From Candidatus Nanoarchaeia archaeon (GTDB taxonomy: Archaea; Nanobdellota; Nanobdellia; Woesearchaeales; SM23-78), in assembly GCA_041479965.1 (NCBI GenBank), contig JBGOZE010000003.1:1-46681 (forward strand): a stretch of 46,681 bases of DNA, in the 5' to 3' direction. This document shows, one piece after another, positions 27,622 to 36,498 of this stretch. The stretch's first letter is position 1. Each line of letters begins with the position of its first letter. The position numbers were made by a program, and so were the translations under genes. Below the pieces are notes generated by a model. The model made no database searches. It was not told where the DNA came from and saw only the letters and a list, made by a program, of their open reading frames with translations.

Positions 27622-28920
27622 ATGAAATATTTGTCAATCAAGGAAGCCATGAAGAAAGGCTCTGGAAAAGTCAGCGTCAGAGGGTGGGTGTATCGTGAGA
27701 GAGGAAGCAACAAGGTCAAGTTCGTTGTGCTCAGGGACGTTTCTGAGATCATCCAGTGCGTCATCAAGAAAGAGAAGTTCTCAGACGACAAGTTCAAGGA
27801 AGCTGACAAGGTCCAAATCGAGAGCTCAATGGAGATAACAGGCACCATAAAAGAGGATAAGAGAGCGCCATCTGGCTATGAGATTGAAGTAGATGACTTC
27901 ACTGTGGTGGGAGGAAGCGACAACTTCCCGTTGGCAGCTGACCAGAACAGGGAATTCCTGGACGACAACAGGCACCTTTCATTGAGAACTAGAAGAATGA
28001 CTGCCATCCTGAAAATCAGGAGCACAGTATTTGGTGCGCTGCACGAATACTTCAGGAGCAATGGATTCTATGAATACCAATCACCCATATTCCAGAGCGT
28101 GCAATGCGAAGGAGGAAGCACACTTTTCAGGGCAGAATACTTTGACAAGAAAGATGTTTTCCTCGCCCAGACCTGGCAATTGTACGCAGAGCCAGCAATA
28201 TTTGCCTTGGAGAAGATCTACACCATGGCTCCCAGCTTCAGGGCTGAGAAGTCAAGGACTTCAAGGCATCTGACCGAGTACTGGCATTGCGAGATGGAGA
28301 TTGCCTGGTGCAATTTCCAAGATGTGCAGGATGTCGGCGAAGCAGCTATTAAGCATGTTATCAAAAGAGTGCTCGAGACCAATAAGGAAGAGCTCAAAAT
28401 CCTCGAGAGAGATGTGAAGAAGCTTGAGCCCATCCTGAAAAAGCCATTCGTGAAGATAACCTACACTGAAGCATTGAAGCTTCTCAAGGAGAAGTGCAAG
28501 ATGGACATTGAATGGGGCAAGGACCTCAGGACCATAGAAGAGGACAAGATTTCTTCTCTCTACGACACCTTCATCATCTGCACTAACTATCCTAAGGAAG
28601 TCAAGGCATTCTACATGATGGAAACGCCTGATGACCCGCGCACTGTGCAGGGATGCGACTTCATAGCGCCAGAAGGATACGGAGAGATAATCGGCGGAAG
28701 CCAGAGAGAGCATGACATAGAGAAGCTTAAGAAAAGATTGGTGGAGATGGGCGAGAACCCTGACAACTACACCTTTTATCTTGACACCAGGAAATATGGC
28801 AGCGTGCCCCACGGAGGGTACGGCCTGGGAGTCGAAAGGCTCTTGTCGTGGATCTGCGGCTTGGACAACATCAAGGACGCTATTCCATTCCCCAGGACTC
28901 CGATGAGGTATAAGCCTTAG
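27622..28920 (+). CDS. asnS: Asparagine--tRNA ligase
   Basis: RGWV OB fold, CEGGSTLF, FRAEKSRTSRHLTEYW, EIIGGSQRE, PHGGYGLGVER; GGGTGA RBS. Confidence 0.9.
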   Translation: MKYLSIKEAMKKGSGKVSVRGWVYRERGSNKVKFVVLRDVSEIIQCVIKKEKFSDDKFKEADKVQIESSMEITGTIKEDKRAPSGYEIEVDDFTVVGGSDNFPLAADQNREFLDDNRHLSLRTRRMTAILKIRSTVFGALHEYFRSNGFYEYQSPIFQSVQCEGGSTLFRAEYFDKKDVFLAQTWQLYAEPAIFALEKIYTMAPSFRAEKSRTSRHLTEYWHCEMEIAWCNFQDVQDVGEAAIKHVIKRVLETNKEELKILERDVKKLEPILKKPFVKITYTEALKLLKEKCKMDIEWGKDLRTIEEDKISSLYDTFIICTNYPKEVKAFYMMETPDDPRTVQGCDFIAPEGYGEIIGGSQREHDIEKLKKRLVEMGENPDNYTFYLDTRKYGSVPHGGYGLGVERLLSWICGLDNIKDAIPFPRTPMRYKP

Positions 28921-28950
28921 AAAAATATTTATTTTATTATTTTTATTTCT

Positions 28951-30087
28951 TTACGCTTCCAGTTCTTTCAGCGCTTCTTGGCAGAATTCCAGCGCTCCTT
29001 GGTAATAAACCCCCACGGGGTCTTTGTCGTTTCTCATGAGCACATCGATGACTGCGTCCTTGCCTGTCCTCTCTCTTTCCAGGTTGATTAGGTCTGCCAT
29101 GTCTTCGTTGTCAAATACTTCTCTTTCTGGCAGCTGCAAGAGCTCAAGCCTCTCGTTTATCTTCTGCAGGAGCCTGATAGCTATTTGTTTCCTATCAGCA
29201 GGGTCTTTCTTCTCGAGCTCGCTTATCTCATTGTAATGCTCAGCATCTATCTTGATCTTTTTTCTCAAGGGCTCTGTGCCCCCGTGCTTGACGCTGTACA
29301 CTCGCCCGATGGCTGCGTTGATAGCCTTTGACTTGTCCTCGATGCTGCTCACGAAGGTCTTGAGGCTTTCGTCATCATCAAGCCTTATCATCAGCTTCTT
29401 CTCCTCTACTTTCTCTTCATGCGTGATCTCCTCTTGCTTGACTTCTTCCTTCACGACCTCTTTTATCTCTTCTTTCTTGACTTCTTTCTCTTCTCTCTTG
29501 ATTTTCCTGCGCCTCTTCAGCAGGCTGTAGTGTATTATGATCGCTGCCTCGAAGAGCAAGCCGAACACTATGTTGATGGTGCTTATCGCCAGGTAGCCTG
29601 GCATCTCATTCTCGTAGAAGCTCATGGCTAATATCATGAATATCGCAGTAAACACAAATGGGAATACCATGAGAAAACCTGATTCCAGATGATATTTGTC
29701 AACCAAGATATAGGTCACAATGATGGTCAGGATCACCGGGGAGAATCCTATCAGTGTCTTGAAGGTGTCGAAATAAAAAGCAAAAAGGATTATGATCACA
29801 AGCCACAGTATCAGCGCTACAAAGCAAGTCCTCCTTATGGCCCTATGGACCACATCATCAGGAAGCTCAGCATATTCAGTCTCTTCTTTCTTGGTCTTGA
29901 CCTGTGTGGTCTTGGTTTTTTCTAAGCTCTGGCTCCTAGAGATGGAGGTCTCCTCTTCACTTGACTTGAGCTCATGCTCCTCAAAAGCAGGAAGCTCTTC
30001 TTCTGTCTTCAAGAATCCTTCCTCCAGCCTTTTCTGCCTCTCTCTATACTGAGGAACTGGTGGAATCAGAATATCCTCTTCTTCCAA
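28951..30087 (-). CDS. Hypothetical membrane protein (4 TM helices, charged termini)
   Basis: Four hydrophobic helices; C-terminal domain with NAAIGRVYS and NDKDPV. Confidence 0.75.
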   Translation of the reverse strand: MEEEDILIPPVPQYRERQKRLEEGFLKTEEELPAFEEHELKSSEEETSISRSQSLEKTKTTQVKTKKEETEYAELPDDVVHRAIRRTCFVALILWLVIIILFAFYFDTFKTLIGFSPVILTIIVTYILVDKYHLESGFLMVFPFVFTAIFMILAMSFYENEMPGYLAISTINIVFGLLFEAAIIIHYSLLKRRRKIKREEKEVKKEEIKEVVKEEVKQEEITHEEKVEEKKLMIRLDDDESLKTFVSSIEDKSKAINAAIGRVYSVKHGGTEPLRKKIKIDAEHYNEISELEKKDPADRKQIAIRLLQKINERLELLQLPEREVFDNEDMADLINLERERTGKDAVIDVLMRNDKDPVGVYYQGALEFCQEALKELEA

Positions 30088-30205
30088 TAAAACACCCCTT
30101 TTTTATGCTAATCAAATAATACATATGATGTGTTTTTTATAAGTTTTATGCTTTTTCGCATCCTGAAGCAAACATTTTTAACCTTCTCTGATTCCCAGGT
30201 AAAGC

Positions 30206-30718
30206 ATGAAAAAAACGAATCTGCCGCAGATTGAAGTGAGGAAAGGAAGCATCACCACTTGTCAGGCTGATGCCATAGTCAATCCTGCGAACAGTTTCGG
30301 CTATATGGGCGGAGGAGTGGCTGGCGTCATCAAGAAAGTAGGCGGCCAGGTAATTGAGGATGAAGCCATAAGCCAGGCTCCAATCCAGGTTGGCCAGGCA
30401 ATATTGACGAGCCCGGGAGATCTTATCTGCCGCAAAATCATTCATGCTCCTACAATGCACAACCCTGCAGAAAAGACAAATGCTCACGCGGTTTTATGCG
30501 CCACTAAAGCTGCTCTTGAGCTTGCTGAGAGCGAAGGCTTCAGGAGCATAGCCATCCCAGGGATGGGAACTGATGTGGGCGGGCTTGACAAGTTAGAGGC
30601 TGCCAAGAGCATGATCAAGGCAATCAAGTCTATCAAATTCCAGAGCCTTGAGAAAATCATCCTGATTGATATTGATGATGGAATGGTTGAAGCTTTTGAA
30701 AAGGTTGTGAAGAACTAA
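30206..30718 (+). CDS. Macrodomain (ADP-ribose binding/hydrolase) protein
   Basis: GSIT..ADAIVNPANS..MGGGVAG, IIHAPTM, IAIPGMGT. Confidence 0.92.
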   Translation: MKKTNLPQIEVRKGSITTCQADAIVNPANSFGYMGGGVAGVIKKVGGQVIEDEAISQAPIQVGQAILTSPGDLICRKIIHAPTMHNPAEKTNAHAVLCATKAALELAESEGFRSIAIPGMGTDVGGLDKLEAAKSMIKAIKSIKFQSLEKIILIDIDDGMVEAFEKVVKN

Positions 30719-30785
30719 AAAAACACGCGCATGTAATTGTTAATGGTGATGATTTGAGGGAGGTAATCCCTTGCTTAGAAAATCT

Positions 30786-31988
30786 TTAAACTCCTAGTAT
30801 TTCGTCAGCTGCCTTTTTCATCCTGGCTTCGTACTCGTATTTCTTCTCTCCTTCTTTCTGCTCCTCGCTCAACAGCCTGATCAGCTCCTTGATCTTCTCT
30901 TCTCCTTTCTCTCCGAAAACCTTGGTCTGGTCAGAGTGCTTTTTGATGAGCTCTTCCTCTATCTGCTCTGCAGTGCCAGAGCTCACACTTATTTCCTCCA
31001 TCTCTTGGGATGATAGTTGCGAGGTGTTCCTCATGACGAAATAAGCAGACTTATTATACAATTCTTTGAAGCTGCTCTTGAAATCAATGTCGCTGGGCTT
31101 GCCGCTGCTCAGTTTGCCGCCTACCTTGAGAAGCACAATGGTGTTGTTGAATTCTTTGTGCTGGATTTTGAGCTCGAGCTCGTGGGTTATCTCTTCAGGA
31201 GTCTTGCCTTCAGCATCTATCTCTATCTTGTGGGTGTTCTTTATGTTGAGAGGGAAAAACTCGAGTTTCCCGTCTTCATAGAAGTAGAATCCTCCTCTGC
31301 CCAGCTTCCAGAGCTCTGCGAAATTAGTAGGGAAAACGGGCCCTGGATAGACCAGGTTCTTGTAATCATCAACGCTCTTGTGCTCGACCACATGGACGTG
31401 GCCGCCTGCGTAATAGTCAAAATTTCCGGGCATCTCTGTAGCTGGCATGGATTCCATCTTGTCAAGCTCTTCTGGCTTGAGCTCGTCTACTGCTGTGTGG
31501 AACATGAATATCTTGAAGCCGGGCTCCTGCTCTAATGGCTTGACATCGAGCATCTCAAAGTCTTTCTTCTCAAGGCTTCCTCTCTTGCCTCTCATGCCTG
31601 TTATCTTGGCCCCTGTCTTCTTGTCGACTGTGAACTTGAGCCTCAGCTTGTTGCCTGCCACTTCTCCATTCATCACATTCACGAGTAGCTCTGCTTCCTC
31701 GAGCACATCAATTATGGTCCTTCCGCCAGGGCTGTAATCATGGCTTCCAGGAACTACATAGACCGGGATGTTCTGCTTCCTTAATCTCTTAAGGAGCGAG
31801 ACAGCCTGTTTCAGGTGATCAAGAGAAGGCAAGGAAGTGTTGAAAAGGTCTCCTGCTATGAGGACAAAGTCAACGTTCCTCTCGAGGATGACGTGGATTG
31901 CCCTTTTGAATGCTTCCAGATTGAGGTTCCTCAGCGCAGGGTCTCTCCAAGCGCCTATATGCACGTCTGCCAAGTGGGCGAATTTCAT
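30786..31988 (-). CDS. mre11: Mre11/SbcD-family DNA repair nuclease
   Basis: AHLADVHIG, IAGDLFN, GSHD, FHTAV, GGHVH, YPGP; real start MKFAH at 31988. Confidence 0.88.
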   Translation of the reverse strand: MKFAHLADVHIGAWRDPALRNLNLEAFKRAIHVILERNVDFVLIAGDLFNTSLPSLDHLKQAVSLLKRLRKQNIPVYVVPGSHDYSPGGRTIIDVLEEAELLVNVMNGEVAGNKLRLKFTVDKKTGAKITGMRGKRGSLEKKDFEMLDVKPLEQEPGFKIFMFHTAVDELKPEELDKMESMPATEMPGNFDYYAGGHVHVVEHKSVDDYKNLVYPGPVFPTNFAELWKLGRGGFYFYEDGKLEFFPLNIKNTHKIEIDAEGKTPEEITHELELKIQHKEFNNTIVLLKVGGKLSSGKPSDIDFKSSFKELYNKSAYFVMRNTSQLSSQEMEEISVSSGTAEQIEEELIKKHSDQTKVFGEKGEEKIKELIRLLSEEQKEGEKKYEYEARMKKAADEILGV

Positions 31989-32109
31989 AGGAGCATGGAT
32001 TAGGCATAAGAATATAAAGTTTACCAAAAGAATGCGAATGGAGGGAAAAAAAAGGAATTGAAGAAATAGCAGTGAAAAAATAAATCGATAAAATCTAATA
32101 AAAAAATCC

Positions 32110-32436
32110 TTATTTGCCGGCGAAAGCAACTCCTGAATTTGAAACTGCAATTTCTTCTGTTTGCTTCATGATTTTGTTGATGCGGTCCTCAGCTGCTTCA
32201 AACTCATTCATGCTGATGCGCGAGTTGATGAAAGCCAAGTCTGACTTCAGGAATTTCTCTACATATTCTTCTCCTTTTTCCTTGCCGAAATTCTTGATTA
32301 TGAACTGCTCTAGCTCTTCAATTAGATAAAGCACTCGCTGGCCTTCCTCATAGGCGCGCTTGAGCACGAACTCTTGGCGCTCAATCCTTTCTTCCAGCCT
32401 GCCGAGCGCAGGAACATGGGTTTTGAAAATGCTCAC
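32110..32436 (-). CDS. Hypothetical helical protein
   Basis: GTG start with GAGGTGA RBS and upstream TATA. Confidence 0.6.
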   Translation of the reverse strand: MSIFKTHVPALGRLEERIERQEFVLKRAYEEGQRVLYLIEELEQFIIKNFGKEKGEEYVEKFLKSDLAFINSRISMNEFEAAEDRINKIMKQTEEIAVSNSGVAFAGK

Positions 32437-32562
32437 TCATCATCACCTCGTGAAGTAATGCTATCTTGAGTTGCTCATTACGCTCAGGGTATTTATAATT
32501 TTCCATCCTGGACCAAACCAAAACATTTAAAACAAGAAAGTGGTATTAAGAAGGATTGTTAT

Positions 32563-32692
32563 AACAAAAATTCGCTGCTCGGAACTATTCTCCACTCTAA
32601 AGGGTGGAGCTTTACGCTCCTCGCTTAATCGCGAATTTTTGTTCAAAAAATTGCGCACAAAAGTGTGGGCTTTAAACCCGCGCAATTTTTTG
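32563..32692 (+). repeat. Tandem nested palindromes in the fba 5' leader
   Basis: 13-bp AACAAAAATTCGC/GCGAATTTTTGTT and 13-bp CAAAAAATTGCGC/GCGCAATTTTTTG, each enclosing inner hairpins. Confidence 0.8.
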
Positions 32693-32710
32693 TAAAAAGG
32701 AGGATGTGCG

Positions 32711-33568
32711 ATGCGTGACCAGATAATCGAGCTCTACAATAAGGCTGATAAGAAGGGTTTTGCGATTGGCGCTTTTAATTTCTCGACCCACGAGATTGTC
32801 ATGGGAATAGTCAACGCTGCCAGGGCAAAGAAAGCTCCTGTCATCATCTCCATGAGCGAGGGTGAGAGGAATTATTTTGGCTGCGAGGAAAGCGCGGGGT
32901 TATACAAGGCAATCCTCAAGACCTATCCTCATGTCATCCTACACGCAGACCACACCAAGTCTTTCAAGGAGCTCAAGAGAGTCATTGATGCTGGCTATCC
33001 TTCTGTCCATTTTGACGGCTCAGAGCTGGGCTTCAAGAGCAATCTCAAGGAGACCAAGAAGGCTGTTGAGTACGCCCATAAGAATGGTGTTTTCATCGAG
33101 GGAGAATTGGGCGGCATAACTGGGGGCTCAACAGTGCATGACAAGAGCCTCAAGGAAGTGTTGACTTCTGATATGCTAACTGATCCTGTGCAGGCAGAGT
33201 CATTTGTGAGCTTGACAGGTGTTGATTCATTGGCAATAAGCATAGGCAATGCCCATGGCTTGTGGAGGGAGCAGAAGCAATTGGATTTCAACAGGCTGAG
33301 CGAGATAAAGGTCAAGACTGGCAAATTCCTGGTATTGCATGGAGGATCAGGCATTAGTGCAGAGGATTTCAGGCATGCCATAGGGCTTGGCATCAATAAG
33401 ATTAACATTAATACTGAGACAAGAGTAGCCTATGCTCACGCCTTGCTGCAGGCAGTGCAGAAGAGAGAGGATTATGTTCCTTATCATTACCTTCAATCAG
33501 TTATTGATGCTGTCAGCAAGTTGGTAGAGGAGAAGATAGTGATTTTCAAGTCAGATAAAAAGATTTGA
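32711..33568 (+). CDS. fba: Class II fructose-bisphosphate aldolase
   Basis: AIGAFN, HADH, EGELG, LAISIGNAHG, LVLHGGSG, KININT; AGGAGG RBS. Confidence 0.92.
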   Translation: MRDQIIELYNKADKKGFAIGAFNFSTHEIVMGIVNAARAKKAPVIISMSEGERNYFGCEESAGLYKAILKTYPHVILHADHTKSFKELKRVIDAGYPSVHFDGSELGFKSNLKETKKAVEYAHKNGVFIEGELGGITGGSTVHDKSLKEVLTSDMLTDPVQAESFVSLTGVDSLAISIGNAHGLWREQKQLDFNRLSEIKVKTGKFLVLHGGSGISAEDFRHAIGLGINKININTETRVAYAHALLQAVQKREDYVPYHYLQSVIDAVSKLVEEKIVIFKSDKKI

Positions 33569-33591
33569 AAAAAAAAGGTGATAATAAAAAA

Positions 33592-34461
33592 ATGAGCCTA
33601 GTAATCGGCATCGACATCGGAGGAAGCAAGATAAAAGGTGTTCTTCTCGAGGAGGGGAGCAAGGTCATCAACAGCTATGAGAGGACCACTGAGGCTGACA
33701 GGCCTGCTAGGAAGATAATTGCCAACATCCTCGAGGTCATAACCAATCTTAGGACAGAACATGTGAGCAATATCGGCGTGTCATGCGCAGGGTTTGAGCT
33801 TCCTAATGGCCAGATGACTGGCATGCCCAATGTGAAGAACCTTGAAGGCATTAACCTGCGCAAAATCCTGGAGAGCAAGACGGGCTTGAGGGTTTACCTG
33901 GATAATGATGCTAATTGCTTCACATTGGCAGAGCATAAGAAAGGTGCTGCCAAGGGGTGCCAGAATGTCATTGGCGTCATCATCGGCACAGGCGTTGGCA
34001 CGGGAATAATAATCAAAGGAGAACTGTACCGCGGAGCTATTGGCGGAGCAGGAGAGTGCGGCCACACCAAGATGCTGGTGTTTGATGAGGTGAAAGAGGT
34101 TGAGGACCTCATATCTGGCCCTAATATTGTTAAGAAGTACGAGAAGCTCAGCGGCAGGAAAGCATTGGGGCCTGCGGTCATCATGAACCGCGATGATCCT
34201 GCTGCTAAAAAAGTGTATGATGCATTCATCCTTTTCACTGGCCTGTTCTTCGCTAATCTCATCAACACCTTCAACCCTGAAGTCATTGTTGTTGGGGGCG
34301 GAGTGAGCAACATCCCTTTTTATCATGATGTCCAAAAGGTTGTGAAAGCCTATGCTCAGCCTGCCTTGAGGAATGCTTGCAAGATAAAGAAGAATGCTCT
34401 CGGAGATGATTCTGGAGCCTTGGGAGCAGCTTATCTGGCCATGAGCAGCAACACTCTATAA
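33592..34461 (+). CDS. ROK-family sugar kinase (glucokinase-like)
   Basis: GIDIGGSK, DNDANCFTLAE, GTGVGTG, AGECGH, GGGVS. Confidence 0.9.
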   Translation: MSLVIGIDIGGSKIKGVLLEEGSKVINSYERTTEADRPARKIIANILEVITNLRTEHVSNIGVSCAGFELPNGQMTGMPNVKNLEGINLRKILESKTGLRVYLDNDANCFTLAEHKKGAAKGCQNVIGVIIGTGVGTGIIIKGELYRGAIGGAGECGHTKMLVFDEVKEVEDLISGPNIVKKYEKLSGRKALGPAVIMNRDDPAAKKVYDAFILFTGLFFANLINTFNPEVIVVGGGVSNIPFYHDVQKVVKAYAQPALRNACKIKKNALGDDSGALGAAYLAMSSNTL

Positions 34462-34613
34462 AAAATATAGTTAAAATATCAATATTTGTTAAACAATTAG
34501 AAAAATTTAAAAGGCTTCTCTTACAAGATGCTCATTGTGTAGGATTCAGATTTAGATAGTGATATTGATAAAACAATATAATAGAGAATAATTAGAAGAT
34601 ACTAAAAGAGGGA

Positions 34614-36497
34614 GTGGTGAGTGAATTGGACTGGATGATAACAGCAGGCAAGTATTTTCTCGAGCCTATATGGCTCTATGGGCTCCTGCTTCTCATACCT
34701 TTCATCCTGCTCTATCTCATACGTCCCAAGCCCAAGCAGAAAGTCATGCCTAGCCTGATGTTCCTCTTCAAGGACATGGGCAGGGACAGGAAGCTTAATT
34801 TCTTCAGGAAGCTAGTCCAGAACCTTCTCTTCCTGTTGCAGCTCCTGATATTATTGTTTGTGATCGCAGCTGCTGCAAAGCCTTTCATCAATGTCACGAA
34901 AGAGTCATTGTTCAAGAACACTGTTCTGGTGCTTGATGTGAGCGCCAGCATGAAAGCAGACTTTGAAGGAGGGGAAGAAGGCAGGTTTGAGGAAGCAGTT
35001 GAGCAGGCTAAGAATAACCTGGGCACGATAAACACCCTGGTGCTTGCCAAGAAGACTCCTGAAGTCGTGCTAGTAGAGGAAGGATCAAGCGTAGTCAAAA
35101 GCTATCTTGAGAAGCTCGACCCTACCGATGACCCAACCAACCTTTATGATGCTATTAGTACAGCCGGAGGCTATGCTAAAAGCGATTCTCGCGTCGTGGT
35201 GATAAGTGATTTCATAGACACAGAGACTGACACTGGCCTGAACACTGCCAAGAAGACCTTGGAAGCCCACGACATAAAAGTCGATTTCATCAAAGTGATG
35301 GAGCCTGTCAAGAATGTGGGCATTGTGGACCTCATAATGGACAATGAGAAGACCAGCGCTGTGATCAAGAACTACAATAAAGAAGCTGTGAGCGTAAAAG
35401 TCAAGATTAATTCTCTTGAAGACACCCTTGACATACCTGCCGAGTCACAGGAATTATTCACCTTTTCCACGCCAGCAGGGACGAGTAAGCTAGAGATAGA
35501 TCCACAGGGTATCGATGACGGATTCGAGGTTGATGATACTGCCTATATCAGCGCGCCCACTGGCATAAGCAAGAGAGTGCTCCTCATCACCAATAATGCT
35601 GAGCCTAGGAAGACCTATCTCTTTAATGCGTTTGATGTGATGAAAAACATGTACATAGAGATCGCAGTGCCGCCTAAAATCCCTGACCTGGGCAGCTTTG
35701 ACATCTTCATCTTCAAGGATATAAAGCCAGGCCTTGTGCTGCCAGGCACTTTCACAGGAGTGAAAAAAGAGGTTGAGGACAGGGGAAAAGCAGTTATTAT
35801 CGCTGCACAGCCAGACTTCCTAGGAGTCAACTATGAAGGCTTGATGCCCTTATGGGCTAATGAGACCATAACTGCACCTACCAATATCATCACTGGCGTC
35901 GCAGAGAGCCTGACAGCCAACATTGAGTTCGGCATAACCAAGAAATATTTCAAGACCAACCTGCTCGCTAATGTAAATCCTGTAATCATCGCTGCCACTG
36001 AGGATCAGACTCCTATAATTACTTTCCACGCTCTTGGAAAAGGCAAGGTGTTCTTCTACGGCATACTGGACGAGGACAAGGAAGCTGACACCAGCTTTGC
36101 CAAGAGCCCTGTCTATTTCGTCTTCTGGAAAAGATTGATTGACTTCGCCACCAATACTCCTTCCATAAAAAGCCTTAATTACAAGACAGGAAGCGTCCTC
36201 AACCTGAATGAGGAGCAGAGAGTGGACACGCCAACAGGCAGGATAACCACGCAGAGCCTGAACCTGGAGAATACAGGGCTGTACACTCTCAATGACAGAA
36301 TCATTGCCATCAACCTGGTCAATGAAAAAGAATCTGATGTGAGCAATGAAGAAGCTCTTGAAGACCCTGGCAATTATCAGTCAAGCGCCAGGTTCAAGGA
36401 CCAGGTGCCCTATGAACTCACTGATTACCTGGTGATACTTGCCATCATCCTATTGCTTTTTGAATTCATCTATGTGAAGATGAGAGGTGATTTGTAA
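34614..36497 (+). CDS. BatA-N/vWA membrane protein
   Basis: LLYLIRPKP...PSLMFL BatA-type N-terminus, MIDAS DVSAS...ISD, C-terminal TM helix. Confidence 0.85.
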   Translation: MVSELDWMITAGKYFLEPIWLYGLLLLIPFILLYLIRPKPKQKVMPSLMFLFKDMGRDRKLNFFRKLVQNLLFLLQLLILLFVIAAAAKPFINVTKESLFKNTVLVLDVSASMKADFEGGEEGRFEEAVEQAKNNLGTINTLVLAKKTPEVVLVEEGSSVVKSYLEKLDPTDDPTNLYDAISTAGGYAKSDSRVVVISDFIDTETDTGLNTAKKTLEAHDIKVDFIKVMEPVKNVGIVDLIMDNEKTSAVIKNYNKEAVSVKVKINSLEDTLDIPAESQELFTFSTPAGTSKLEIDPQGIDDGFEVDDTAYISAPTGISKRVLLITNNAEPRKTYLFNAFDVMKNMYIEIAVPPKIPDLGSFDIFIFKDIKPGLVLPGTFTGVKKEVEDRGKAVIIAAQPDFLGVNYEGLMPLWANETITAPTNIITGVAESLTANIEFGITKKYFKTNLLANVNPVIIAATEDQTPIITFHALGKGKVFFYGILDEDKEADTSFAKSPVYFVFWKRLIDFATNTPSIKSLNYKTGSVLNLNEEQRVDTPTGRITTQSLNLENTGLYTLNDRIIAINLVNEKESDVSNEEALEDPGNYQSSARFKDQVPYELTDYLVILAIILLLFEFIYVKMRGDL

Positions 36498-36498
36498 A

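Noticed and set aside
30740-30785. Possible C/D box sRNA (GTGATGA)
   Set aside because: No CTGA D box or terminal stem follows
31989-32150. Hydrophobic N-terminal extension of Mre11
   Set aside because: It runs through AT-rich promoter DNA; MKFAHLAD with a TATA about 25-30 nt upstream is the typical start
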